DNA of 64,000 bases, taken from contig CAVQQC010000009.1 in the NCBI GenBank assembly GCA_963714895.1, forward strand, positions 26,172-90,171, in the 5' to 3' direction. This DNA comes from Candidatus Sulfomarinibacteraceae bacterium. Its GTDB lineage: Bacteria > Acidobacteriota > Thermoanaerobaculia > Thermoanaerobaculales > Sulfomarinibacteraceae. The first letter of the stretch is position 1. Each line of letters opens with the position of its first letter. A program made the translations under genes and the position numbers. The notes under the pieces are model-generated. The model saw only the letters and a list, made by a program, of their open reading frames with translations, was not told the DNA's origin and searched no databases. Below, piece by piece: positions 55,283-64,000 of this stretch.

Positions 55283-56527
55283 TTGAACGAGAACTGGGTC
55301 GCTCAATACCGGCAGGCGGCGGAAGCTCTTCATCAGGGCACGTACAACATCTGCCTCCCGGATGACGCCCCCGACGATCTGGCCGAGCTCGGAGAGGCGC
55401 TCCGTGTGCTCGCGGCCGCCATGAAGACCCGCTCGGAGCAGTCAGCCAAACTGGCGGTCATCAACCGCAAGATCAACGAAGGGCTCCTTCTGGAAGACGT
55501 TCTCACCCAGGTCTATGAGAACTTTTTTCATCTCATCCCTTATGACCGCATCGGTTTCGCGCTGTTGGAGAAGGGCAAGACGGTCGTCCGGGCGCACTGG
55601 GCGCGCTCGGAAGCGGCCGAAATCGCGCTTCCCATCGGATACACCGCGGCCCTCGCCGGGAGCAGTCTCGAAGAGGTTGTGAAATCCCGGCGCCCCCGGA
55701 TTCTCGGTGACCTGGTGGCCTATCTCGAAGAGAACCCCCGGTCCGACTCGACGCGAAAGATTGTCGCCGAAGGGATGCGGTCGAGTCTCACGTGCCCGCT
55801 GTTGATCAAGGGCCAACCGGTCGGCTTTCTTTTCTTTTCGAGCACCCAGGCACACGCCTACAGAGAAGAGCACCAGGACCTCTTTCTTCAGATCGCCGAT
55901 CAGCTCGCTCTGACTCTCGAGCGGAGCCGCCTCTATGAAGAGCTCCTGCGGTTGACCGAGGACCTCCAGAAGGCGCAGCAGGCGCTCGAACGGGAGGCTT
56001 CCCGCGACAGCCTGACGGATCTCTGGAACCGGCGCGCGATCCTCGCTCTCTTGAAACGGGAGATGGCGAGGTCGGAACGGGAGGGACGACCCATCGCGGC
56101 GGTGATGGTCGATGTCGATCACTTCAAGAAGATCAACGACCGCATCGGACACCTGGCAGGCGACGAGGTCCTGCTCGAGGTGACTCGCCGGGTTGCCTCT
56201 ACCTTGCGATCGTCAGATGTCCTGGGCCGGATCGGGGGAGAGGAGTTCCTGATCATTCTCTATCCCGGCGAGGAAAAGACCGCAGTCGAGGTGATGGAGC
56301 GGGCGCGCCGCGCGTGCGCTTCGAGACCGGTGTCGATCGAGGCCGGCGATTTCGAGGTCACCGTCAGCCTCGGTGCGGCGGTTGCTGACGTCGTAAACGA
56401 CGTCGATCTGGCGACTCTCCTCAAGACTGCGGATGACGCTCTCTACCGCGCCAAGAACAACGGCCGAAACCGTTCAGAGGTCGAGGTGGTCTGTCCGGGC
56501 CGGACCGTTCGTCGGCCTCGTCTTTGA
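55283..56527 (+). CDS. GAF-domain diguanylate cyclase (GGDEF)
   Basis: TTG 55283 is 4 nt after GGGAGGAG; the start is uncertain and the listed ORF begins at 55193. GAF-like middle region. DHFKKINDRIGHLAGD ... RIGGEEFLII. Confidence 0.85.
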   Translation: MNENWVAQYRQAAEALHQGTYNICLPDDAPDDLAELGEALRVLAAAMKTRSEQSAKLAVINRKINEGLLLEDVLTQVYENFFHLIPYDRIGFALLEKGKTVVRAHWARSEAAEIALPIGYTAALAGSSLEEVVKSRRPRILGDLVAYLEENPRSDSTRKIVAEGMRSSLTCPLLIKGQPVGFLFFSSTQAHAYREEHQDLFLQIADQLALTLERSRLYEELLRLTEDLQKAQQALEREASRDSLTDLWNRRAILALLKREMARSEREGRPIAAVMVDVDHFKKINDRIGHLAGDEVLLEVTRRVASTLRSSDVLGRIGGEEFLIILYPGEEKTAVEVMERARRACASRPVSIEAGDFEVTVSLGAAVADVVNDVDLATLLKTADDALYRAKNNGRNRSEVEVVCPGRTVRRPRL

Positions 56528-56584
56528 AATAGTCGGGGGAGCGCGGCGTGCCGCGCTCCCCGCACTACAAGATCGGTCAAGCGC

Positions 56585-57382
56585 CTACTTCTCTTGCGGC
56601 ATCCCACCCAGGTGTACGATCAGCAGGATCTGGTCCTTGTGCGCGCCCCAGTCCATCAAGGACATCGCTTCGGCCATCTGTGCATCCGAGAAATTCGCCC
56701 AGAACATCTCGTCGGCCTTGTCCTTGTCGCCCAGATTGGTGTACGAAGTCCAGGCGACATGCGACCAGCCCTGTTCGCCGTGCAGTTCCTGGGTGTACAT
56801 GCCGTAGCCCTTGATGATGCCGGCGGCCAGCAGTTTCTCGTTGATCGGTGCGATCTGGTTCTTGAAGAACTCGGTCATGACCTGATCCATGCCGGGCTTG
56901 GCCTGGAAGTAACCGATATCCAGGTAACGAGGTACCGCGTCGCCGGAGCCCTGACGGTAGATCTGCTGGCGCACGATCCAGTCGTGGTGCGCTCCCTGAA
57001 CGGTGGCTTCGTTGTAGGCCGCCTGCATCGCCATCATCTCGTCCGGCGTCCGTGAGGCGAACATCTTCTCGAACCCGGCCTGGAGGCCACCGACCTTGCT
57101 CCAGTCGGCCATGTTGGCCCAGAGAACATAGTTCCACTGGTCGTCGAGGCGGTGATTGATGGGGATGGCGATGCCCCAACTCAACAGGGTCCCGTCCTTC
57201 ACGAGTTGGTCGTACATCGGACCGTCATCCTCGATCGTCATTCGTATCAGGTCCCGGCTCTTTCCCGGCGCCGACGTGTCGAAGGCGAGCCAGCTGATCG
57301 GGCCGGGGCCGTCCTGGGCCGAGAGGGGAAGGGCTGCAACCACGATCAAAAGTGCGACACACGCAATCGGTCGTCTCATCAT
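56585..57382 (-). CDS. hypothetical secreted protein
   Basis: ATG 57382 after GGAGGAAAC. Signal peptide ...LPLSAQD. 265 aa. No family recognised. Confidence 0.55.
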   Translation of the reverse strand: MMRRPIACVALLIVVAALPLSAQDGPGPISWLAFDTSAPGKSRDLIRMTIEDDGPMYDQLVKDGTLLSWGIAIPINHRLDDQWNYVLWANMADWSKVGGLQAGFEKMFASRTPDEMMAMQAAYNEATVQGAHHDWIVRQQIYRQGSGDAVPRYLDIGYFQAKPGMDQVMTEFFKNQIAPINEKLLAAGIIKGYGMYTQELHGEQGWSHVAWTSYTNLGDKDKADEMFWANFSDAQMAEAMSLMDWGAHKDQILLIVHLGGMPQEK

Positions 57383-57544
57383 GTTTCCTCCAGAAGGTCG
57401 ATGAAAGCCGCTGGGGCTTCCGGTTGGGGGCGTTCCCGTCTGCAACGGGCGCCGGTCTGACATTGTAATGAAAACGATTCTCAGAATTTGTATCAAGTCT
57501 GGATCACAAAATCAAGTCGCGTCGGCCGCCACGGCGGAAAGCGT

Positions 57545-59236
57545 TCAGTTCGGGCCCGGTTTGAAACGGAATCGTTCGACCATCTTCCGCAATTCGCTCG
57601 AGAGCCCGGCCAGGCGTTGCGAGGCCTCCTCGGTGGAACCGGCATTGGTCAGGGTCGCGCTCGCGCTGACCGAGATTTCACCCAGACGGGTGGCGATCTC
57701 CCGGCTGCCGTCGGCGGCCTGGCGCGCCGACCCGTCGATCTCGGCGGTGGTACTGGTCTGTTCCTCGACGGCGACGGCGATCGCGTTCTGCAGTTCGTTG
57801 ATTCGCTGCACGATGGTACCGATGGAGCCGATGACGTCGGCCACCTCGGCCGAGTCCTTCTGAAGAGTCGTGATCCGGGCAGAGATCTCGGTCGTTGCTT
57901 CAGCCGTGCTGTCGGCGAGCTTTTTGACCTCGTCGGCGACCACCGCGAAACCGCGGCCGGCGTCACCGGCGCGTGCCGCCTCGATGGCGGCGTTCAACGC
58001 GAGCAGGTTGACCTGTGCCGCGATGTCGTCGATGACATCGACCACGCGTCCTATCTCGACCCGGCTGTGGTCGAGACGGCTGATGGTCGCTCCCGTCCGT
58101 TCGAGGATTTGAACCGCTCCGGCGGCGACCGATGCCGCTTCGGAGGCGCTGTAAGCGATCTCGCGGATGCTCGCGGTCATCTGTTCGGTTGCGGCCGCGA
58201 CTGCACCGACGTTGTCGCTCACCACACCCGCAGCGGACGACACCGCCTCGGTGTTGGTCGCGGTGCTGTCGGCGTCGGCCCGCATGGTTCGGCTGAGGAA
58301 GGAGAGCTGGTCGCTGGCGCTGGCCAGGGTGACCACGTTGTCGACGATGGTCCCGATGGTGGTGCACATCGACTCGAGCATGGTGTTCATGGCGCCGCGC
58401 GCCTCGCCGACCTCGTCGCTCGACACGACCTTGAAGCGGTCGGTAAAGTCGCCCTTTGCAGCCCGCCGGGTGGTGGCCATCAGGCTCTCCATCGGTCGCG
58501 CCACCGAGTGGCGGATGGAATCGGCGAGCCAGAACCCCAGCGCGAGAAACACCGACACGGCAACGATGAGGCTGGGTGCGGCGGTACGGCGGATCGAACT
58601 GATGGTGGCGCCGACCGGGACATCGACCTCGAGCACACCGATGACGTCGCCGACCCGCAACCGAGCAGCTGTTCCTGTACTTGTGAGATTGTGACATTCG
58701 GCACAGAGCGGGGACACGATCACCTCTGCTGTGGCATATCGAAGAGTGCGCTCCCCCCGCGTCTGTTCGACGACCCAGAACGGTTCGGCCGGATCGCGGG
58801 TGACCGCGTCCAGGGCACGCCGCGGGAACGAATCGTTGGAGGCGGGGTTCGAAACCGCTCCGGAAGACTCCGAACCGTACATCCTCACGGTGTAGCCCAG
58901 GTCTTGCGGTCGACCACCAGACCGTGAGAAATCGTCGCCTTCGCCGGTGCCGAGGACCGACCCGTGCATGCCCACAACCAGGGTTTCTTTGGCAGTGGCG
59001 ACGTCGTACCCCGCATCGAGAAAGGGTTTGCGATCGGCCCGGATCCGGTCGGTGACGATGTGGGCTGTGGTCACCGCCGTTTCGGTCGCGAGCCGGCTCG
59101 TCGAAATCGAAAATGCGCCCAGGACGGCGAGAGAGATGATTACGGCCATGCCGAAAACCGGCACCAGGATCTTCGACCGTATCGGGAGGTTCAGCCAGGT
59201 CTTTTTGGCCGGAAAGTAGCGAAGGAAGATGTTCAT
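57545..59236 (-). CDS. methyl-accepting chemotaxis protein with a periplasmic CxxCH-containing sensor domain
   Basis: ATG 59236. TM1, then a roughly 195-aa periplasmic region containing CAECH (58691..58705), TM2 and a HAMP domain. MA domain with LLALNAAIEAARAGDAGRGFAVVADEVKKLA. Confidence 0.85.
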   Translation of the reverse strand: MNIFLRYFPAKKTWLNLPIRSKILVPVFGMAVIISLAVLGAFSISTSRLATETAVTTAHIVTDRIRADRKPFLDAGYDVATAKETLVVGMHGSVLGTGEGDDFSRSGGRPQDLGYTVRMYGSESSGAVSNPASNDSFPRRALDAVTRDPAEPFWVVEQTRGERTLRYATAEVIVSPLCAECHNLTSTGTAARLRVGDVIGVLEVDVPVGATISSIRRTAAPSLIVAVSVFLALGFWLADSIRHSVARPMESLMATTRRAAKGDFTDRFKVVSSDEVGEARGAMNTMLESMCTTIGTIVDNVVTLASASDQLSFLSRTMRADADSTATNTEAVSSAAGVVSDNVGAVAAATEQMTASIREIAYSASEAASVAAGAVQILERTGATISRLDHSRVEIGRVVDVIDDIAAQVNLLALNAAIEAARAGDAGRGFAVVADEVKKLADSTAEATTEISARITTLQKDSAEVADVIGSIGTIVQRINELQNAIAVAVEEQTSTTAEIDGSARQAADGSREIATRLGEISVSASATLTNAGSTEEASQRLAGLSSELRKMVERFRFKPGPN

Positions 59237-59409
59237 GACGGGAGGCCTCCAGAACGGTGTGGCTCTTTCAACTTTAACCGATATTGAGATCAATGAACGT
59301 CGACGGAACCGGCCGCGACTTTCGGGCCTGCAGCCGGCTGCCGCGTCCACACGTCTGCCGAAAGTCGGGGAACACCGGTTACACTGGGATCGGTAACGGA
59401 AGCCCTGAG

Positions 59410-59676
59410 ATGCCGAAAAGACGCATGAGTGAGACGAAACCGAACAACGGTGGCCGCGAGGCGCTCGATGACATCGTCGAGCGGATGGTCGAACCGGGTT
59501 TCGCCTCCAACCACCCGCGGCCTCGGACGAAACGGCCGACCGGCGCCCACGTCAATCCTGAAATCCTCGCCCTGTCTCGGCCACGGTCGCGCTATGTGAG
59601 GCAGTGGCGCCGGCATGCGCGGCAGTGCCAGGATTGCAGCAACGTCTTCCGGTACCTCGGTATCAGCCTCGGTTGA
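59410..59676 (+). CDS. small hypothetical protein with a C-terminal HxxxCxxC motif
   Basis: ATG 59410 is 8 nt after GGAAG. 88 aa, with G/C-rich third codon positions. ...RRHARQCQDCSNVF. Weak call. Confidence 0.35.
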   Translation: MPKRRMSETKPNNGGREALDDIVERMVEPGFASNHPRPRTKRPTGAHVNPEILALSRPRSRYVRQWRRHARQCQDCSNVFRYLGISLG

Positions 59677-59724
59677 ATACGAGCGCCGGTCAGACGGCCG
59701 GCGCTCTGAACATGGAGGGTTCTG

Positions 59725-60102
59725 ATGGGCACATTCGAGGTCAGGGCCGATACCGTCAAGAGTCGGCTGTATATTCAACTCGTCGGCTTCTTCCGCGAGG
59801 CGGACGTCCAGCCGACGCTCGACGCCCTCCGCACGGAGGCCGGCAAGTTCCAGGGCCCGTTCGACGTCGTCACCGATATTTCGAAGTTCCTGCCGGGCTC
59901 GCCGAAAGCCGCCGACGCCATCCAACAAGGCGGTGAGCTGGTCAAGGAATTAGGGCGGCGGCGTGCGGTTCGGGTGACCGGCGGAATCGTAACCGGGCTG
60001 ATGCAGTTCAAGCGCCTCGTCGGTGGGGTCTTCGCCGAGGACGAGACCGTACGCTACGCCGGTTCCGTCAGCGAGGCTGACAAGATCCTCGATCACTGGT
60101 GA
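59725..60102 (+). CDS. hypothetical protein, STAS/SpoIIAA-like by eye
   Basis: ATG 59725 after GGAGGG. 125 aa. Alternating beta/alpha pattern with DVVTDIS...AVRVTGG. Family assignment is tentative. Confidence 0.5.
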   Translation: MGTFEVRADTVKSRLYIQLVGFFREADVQPTLDALRTEAGKFQGPFDVVTDISKFLPGSPKAADAIQQGGELVKELGRRRAVRVTGGIVTGLMQFKRLVGGVFAEDETVRYAGSVSEADKILDHW

Positions 60103-60382
60103 CACCGGGCTTTCTGTCGGCAAAGGTCGAAGCGTTTGCCTACAATGCCGGACACCTCGACCACGGTGGCAGGACTCTACGTCATACTCAAGGACGCAGC
60201 CAAGCGTGCGGCCCTCGCCCGCAGGATCGTGAGCGACAGACTCAGTCGATTAATTCAGCGTCCGAAGCTCTGCGGTCGCTTTCCTCGGGGCGGTTACCAA
60301 TAAGCCCGGAGTTGCGCTATCGTAGCCGTACAAAAAATACGGCAGGTGGCGCGAATCGGGAGCGCCGACAAAGGAGCGGGTG

Positions 60383-60832
60383 ATGTTCAAAGAGTTCAAA
60401 GAATTCGCAATGCGCGGCAATGTGGTCGATATGGCGGTCGGCATCGTCATCGGTGCCGCCTTCGGGACCATCGTCAAGAGCTTCGTCAGCGATGTGTTGA
60501 TGCCGCCGATCGGAATGCTGACGGGAGGGGTCGATTTCTCGAACCTCTTCGCGGTGATCAAGGAAGGCGCGCCGGCGGGTCCCTACGCCGCCCTCGCGGA
60601 TGCACAGGCGGCCGGGGCCGTCACCCTCAACTACGGGATGTTCATCAATACGGTGATCAGCTTCCTGATCGTCGCCTTCGCGGTCTTCATGGTCATCAAG
60701 GCAATGAACACCATCAAACGCAAGGAGGAGGCGCCGGCCGCCGAGCCCACGACCAAGCCGTGCGAGTTCTGCATCACCGAGATCCCGATCAAGGCCACCC
60801 GCTGCCCCAACTGCACGTCCGAGCTGAGTTAG
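60383..60832 (+). CDS. mscL: large-conductance mechanosensitive channel with a C-terminal CxxC...CxxC extension
   Basis: [44 protein letters not shown] is the canonical MscL N-terminus. Tail is [22 protein letters not shown]. Confidence 0.9.
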   Translation: MFKEFKEFAMRGNVVDMAVGIVIGAAFGTIVKSFVSDVLMPPIGMLTGGVDFSNLFAVIKEGAPAGPYAALADAQAAGAVTLNYGMFINTVISFLIVAFAVFMVIKAMNTIKRKEEAPAAEPTTKPCEFCITEIPIKATRCPNCTSELS

Positions 60833-63061
60833 CTGCGGCGGCTGATCATCAGCAGCGGGCAGGTCGTGTGTTCGGCGATCTCGAGCACTCTGCCGCCGAA
60901 GATCTTGCGCCGTCGTCCGAGGCGCTGTAGACCGAGGACGAGGAGGTCACAGTCGGCGGCCCGCCCGACGACCTCCTTGACGATCTCGTCGCTCAGAGCG
61001 ATTTCGACCGTGCTGTCGCCCGGGGCTTCGTCCCGCGCCAGCTTGCGGAGATCGCGCCGCGCACGGCGCTCGGTCGCGGCGTCGGTGTCCGTGGGCATGC
61101 CCCGCAGATAGGTCACCTCGCGCGGGGCAGTGCGGCACAGATTGCCGATCAGACGGGCGCGAATCGGGCTCTGGTCGCGGCGGCCTCCGGCGGGTACGAG
61201 GATCTTGTGGACCTGGTCGACGTTCCAGTTGCTGGGCGCCCGGAGGATCACGACGTCGCCTTCGACCCGGCTCATGAGCTCCTCGAGCGGACCGGTCATC
61301 AGCGACTCACCGAGGTGGCCGACGCCGAGCAGCAGGCTGTCGCAGCGGTAGCGTTCTGCGACCCGGCTGATTTCGCTCCACGGATCGTCGCTGACGGTGA
61401 TCAGGGCCTCCGGTCTGAGGTCGGTCGCAAGGGCGGTCGAAAACGCACCGCCGAGGATCGACTGCGCGTCCACCAGTTGTCGTGGCAACTCCCCGCCCTT
61501 CCACGCTTCGGGCAGGCGGACCACCGACAGCAGGAGGACGCGGGCGACCGAGTGCGGAGCGAGGGCGTTGGCCATCGTCACCAGGGTCTCGGCGCTCGCC
61601 GGGTTGGCGATCGGCACCAGGACCAGCGGGCTGCGGCCGCGAAGTCGCAGCAGCTGCGGGTCGAGGCCTTCGGCAGCCGCATCGACGACCGCGGCCCCGG
61701 GGGCCAGCTGGGTCATGTAGAGCACGGCGCCGATGCCCAGCCACAAGGCTGCCATCGCGCCAGCCGAGGGCACCGCCACCGACTGAAAGAGGGCGAGGGC
61801 GATGCACGACACGCCGCCGACGACCGGCACCAAGCGGGAAGGCCGGGGTCTGGAAGGGACTGGCGGTGGTGGCGCGTCGGCGGGCGAGAAAGGCAATGCC
61901 GTGGGCGAGGGCGAAGCTGGCGAGAAAGATCAGACTGGCCATCGCACCGGCCGCAGCCACGTTGGGCACCGCCACCAGAACGACCGCCACCGTGGCGGCG
62001 GTGAGTTGGATGGCGGGTATGGGCGTTCCGGTGCCGGGGGACAGCCGGTCGAAGCGCCGCGGCAGCGTGCGGTCGCCGGCCATCTTCCTGGCGAACCGCG
62101 AGGCCGCCAGAAGGTTGGCCTGCAACGCGGACAGCATCGACAGCAGACCGGCGACGACCACCAGCCAATAGCCGGTGGGGCCGAGAAAGCTCCGTGCCGC
62201 AACCGCGATCAGGATCTCGGGGTCTGCCGCGGCTGCATCGCTGACCGATTGGCCGGGCGTGCCCACCGCCACGACCAGGAACAACAGTGGGATGTAGATC
62301 ACGAGCGCGGCGGTCAGCGACAGGATCATCGCGCGCGGGATGTTGCGCTCGGGCCGTTTCACCTCGCCCCCGACCGCGGCGATCAGATCGAAGCCCTGGA
62401 GCGCGATGAAGGTGTAGCCCATGGCCTGGATCAGGCCCTGGCCGCCGTGCGCCATGAAGGGGCGGAATCGTGCGCTGAGCTCCTCGATCCCCGGCGGGTG
62501 AACCAGGAGCACCCAGAAACCGCCGGCGATGACGATCGCGAAGATGATGACCTTGCCGATGGTTTCCAACTGCCCGCCGCCGGCGTTCGATCGCATGAGC
62601 TTCCAGGTGTAGAAGGCGACCGCCGCCAGCGCGTACACGAGCATCGCAAAACGGGCGTCGAGCCATCCCGGTGGGGTGCCGCCGGCCGCCAGGATCACCT
62701 GTTCGAGGACCGGCACGAGAAAGACCGCAAATCCGAGGGCGTACAGGACGGCCGCCACCACCGAGGCGAACCACACCACCCACCCGACGGCGAAGGCAGC
62801 CTCTACCGTCAACACCTTGCGCGCGTAGGTGTAGGTGCCGCCGGACTCGGGGAACCGGGACGCGAGCGCGGCGAACGACAGCGCCGTGAGCATCGCGATG
62901 GCGCCGTTCAGCGCAAAGGCGATGATCGCGCTCGGCCCGGTGGTGGCAAAGGCAACGCCGGCGAGGGCCAACACGCCGCCGCCGACGATCGCGCCGACGC
63001 CGACGCCGGTGGCGGCGAGGAGCCCCATGGTCCGCTGACTGGATGTGCCGTCCTGTGGCAT
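60829..63061 (-). CDS. APC-family permease fused to Usp domains, second paralogue; one frameshift near 61831
   Basis: ORF 61307..63061 carries the permease text up to ...[10 protein letters not shown]. The continuation [17 protein letters not shown]... and the Usp domains are in ORF 60829..61896, shifted by one base at cttGGtg. Confidence 0.8.
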
Positions 63062-63159
63062 GCGTCATTGTGACACCGACTGCGGCTGCACGTCACGTGC
63101 CGTTGAATCGTGGGCCCATCGAAATGCTCTCTCGCTCGACGACGTGTTAACGTGATTCC

Positions 63160-63738
63160 GTGAAGCTGCCCCCCGGTATGTTCAGTCTGCTGCGAGCGCC
63201 ATCCGCAGCCGCGGTGTGGGACCTGCGGGCGGATCTGCTGGGCCTCGGGGCGGAGCCCACCGCAACGACCTTTCAGTTGTTGGCGGAGTTCTACCGCTAC
63301 CTCGAACGAATAGAAACGGGACGCGCGTCGCGAGACCACTCCGAGCGCGCGTCGAAGATGGAGATCGGTTCGCTGAGCGGCGTGGTGGGAGCGGATCTTG
63401 CGGAAGCCGCGGATGCGGACGAGTGGGCACGGCGGCTGTTGGCGGCGACCATCACCGAGGGCCTCGCCTTCATGGCGACCCGCGAGCACGTCAAGGCCTG
63501 GCGCGGCGAGCTGGACTCGGTTCACCGCGAGGCCGCGTGGTTCCTCTACGACGGGCTCTGGACCTGGGCGTCCCGCCGCAAGCCGGATCTCGATCCGGTC
63601 GAGCGCAGGCAGTTGCTCGACCAGTTGGTGGCGCCGGTTCGGGACGACGGAGTCGCCTCGGACGCCAAACAGCTGATCCTGTGCTCACTCTTCGTGCTGC
63701 TGCTGGTCGACTCCCTGGCGGCGGCCGCCAAGAGTTGA
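63160..63738 (+). CDS. hypothetical protein
   Basis: 192-aa ORF with a GTG start. G/C-rich third positions. C-terminal hydrophobic helix. No family recognised. Confidence 0.45.
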   Translation: MKLPPGMFSLLRAPSAAAVWDLRADLLGLGAEPTATTFQLLAEFYRYLERIETGRASRDHSERASKMEIGSLSGVVGADLAEAADADEWARRLLAATITEGLAFMATREHVKAWRGELDSVHREAAWFLYDGLWTWASRRKPDLDPVERRQLLDQLVAPVRDDGVASDAKQLILCSLFVLLLVDSLAAAAKS

Positions 63739-64000
63739 AATAGCCTCTCTCTTCACCGCGCCGAACCCCGATTGTCCCGGGTGTTCGCGCCTCTGACCGC
63801 GCCCTCCTTGCCTCTTTAACCTGTGGGGAAACCCAAGCAAAGAAATATCTTATGCCTCCCATGAGCGGTGTTGATGCAACCCATGAATTCTTCGAACGCT
63901 GCAAGGGAAACGACGTGTTGCCCGATCCGTATGGCAGGGGAGAGCGCGCAGCGCTCGGTCTGTGGTCGGTCCGAATTCCTTGCTGGATGTTCCGGTGTCG

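Noticed and set aside
59290-59928. 212-aa minus-strand ORF spanning the 59.3-59.9 kb gap
   Set aside because: - It has no motifs.
- It overlaps the better-supported plus-strand STAS-like gene, which has a GGAGGG RBS.
- It is probably a shadow frame.
63852-64000. Possible gene start (MPPMSGVDATHEFFERCKG...) running off the right edge
   Set aside because: - Third-codon-position G/C content is visibly lower than in the confident genes.
- There is no clear RBS.
- Only 50 codons are visible, which is too weak to call.
1-64000. tRNA, rRNA, tmRNA, transposase, integrase, prophage or toxin-antitoxin genes
   Set aside because: - Scanning intergenic regions by eye found no cloverleaf-type T-arm/acceptor pattern.
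- No ORF has DDE, tyrosine-recombinase or serine-recombinase motifs.
- Absence cannot be proven without tRNAscan, Infernal or HMM runs.

Overview
GC-rich (roughly two-thirds G+C by eye) bacterial chromosomal segment, densely coding on both strands. I call about 58 protein-coding loci. I can support no rRNA, tRNA or CRISPR array, and I recognise no transposase, integrase or phage gene. All family assignments come from reading the translated ORFs and recognising motifs from memory; no search was run.

Gene content, left to right:
- K+ efflux module: KefG-like, KefB/C-like and a TMEM175/DUF1211-like channel.
- Peptide-scavenging set: CarboxypepD_reg-type TonB-dependent receptor, two S9 peptidases, an M3 Dcp-like peptidase, an S46 dipeptidyl-peptidase and a proline-iminopeptidase remnant.
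- A peroxiredoxin whose catalytic Cys codon is an in-frame TGA followed by a SECIS-like hairpin, so probably selenocysteine.
- FabH, two APC-permease/Usp fusions, two EamA-type transporters and two GT39-like membrane glycosyltransferases.
- An amicyanin-like cupredoxin protein overlapping a sensor-HAMP-Ser/Thr kinase.
- NnrS, an OYE-type flavin reductase, an ArsR/SRPBCC pair, an ECF sigma/anti-sigma pair and a MoxR/VWA pair.
- A tetrahaem cytochrome c / NrfC-like / NrfD-like operon with no catalytic subunit, behind an FNR/CRP-type palindrome.
- A signalling cluster: DUF4388/J-like/TPR protein, GAF-GGDEF protein and an MCP with a periplasmic CxxCH.
- MscL.

Non-genic structure:
- Two families of nested-palindrome REP/MITE-like elements.
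- Several 7-8 bp tandem arrays.
- Strong intrinsic terminators.

Sequence integrity is uneven:
- About 16 frame changes are packed into 12.3-14.8 kb (dcp and prx).
- Three more isolated frameshifts lie elsewhere.
- Three genes look truncated or internally deleted.

The lineage guess (Acidobacteriota- or Myxococcota-like anaerobe or microaerophile) is inference from gene content only.
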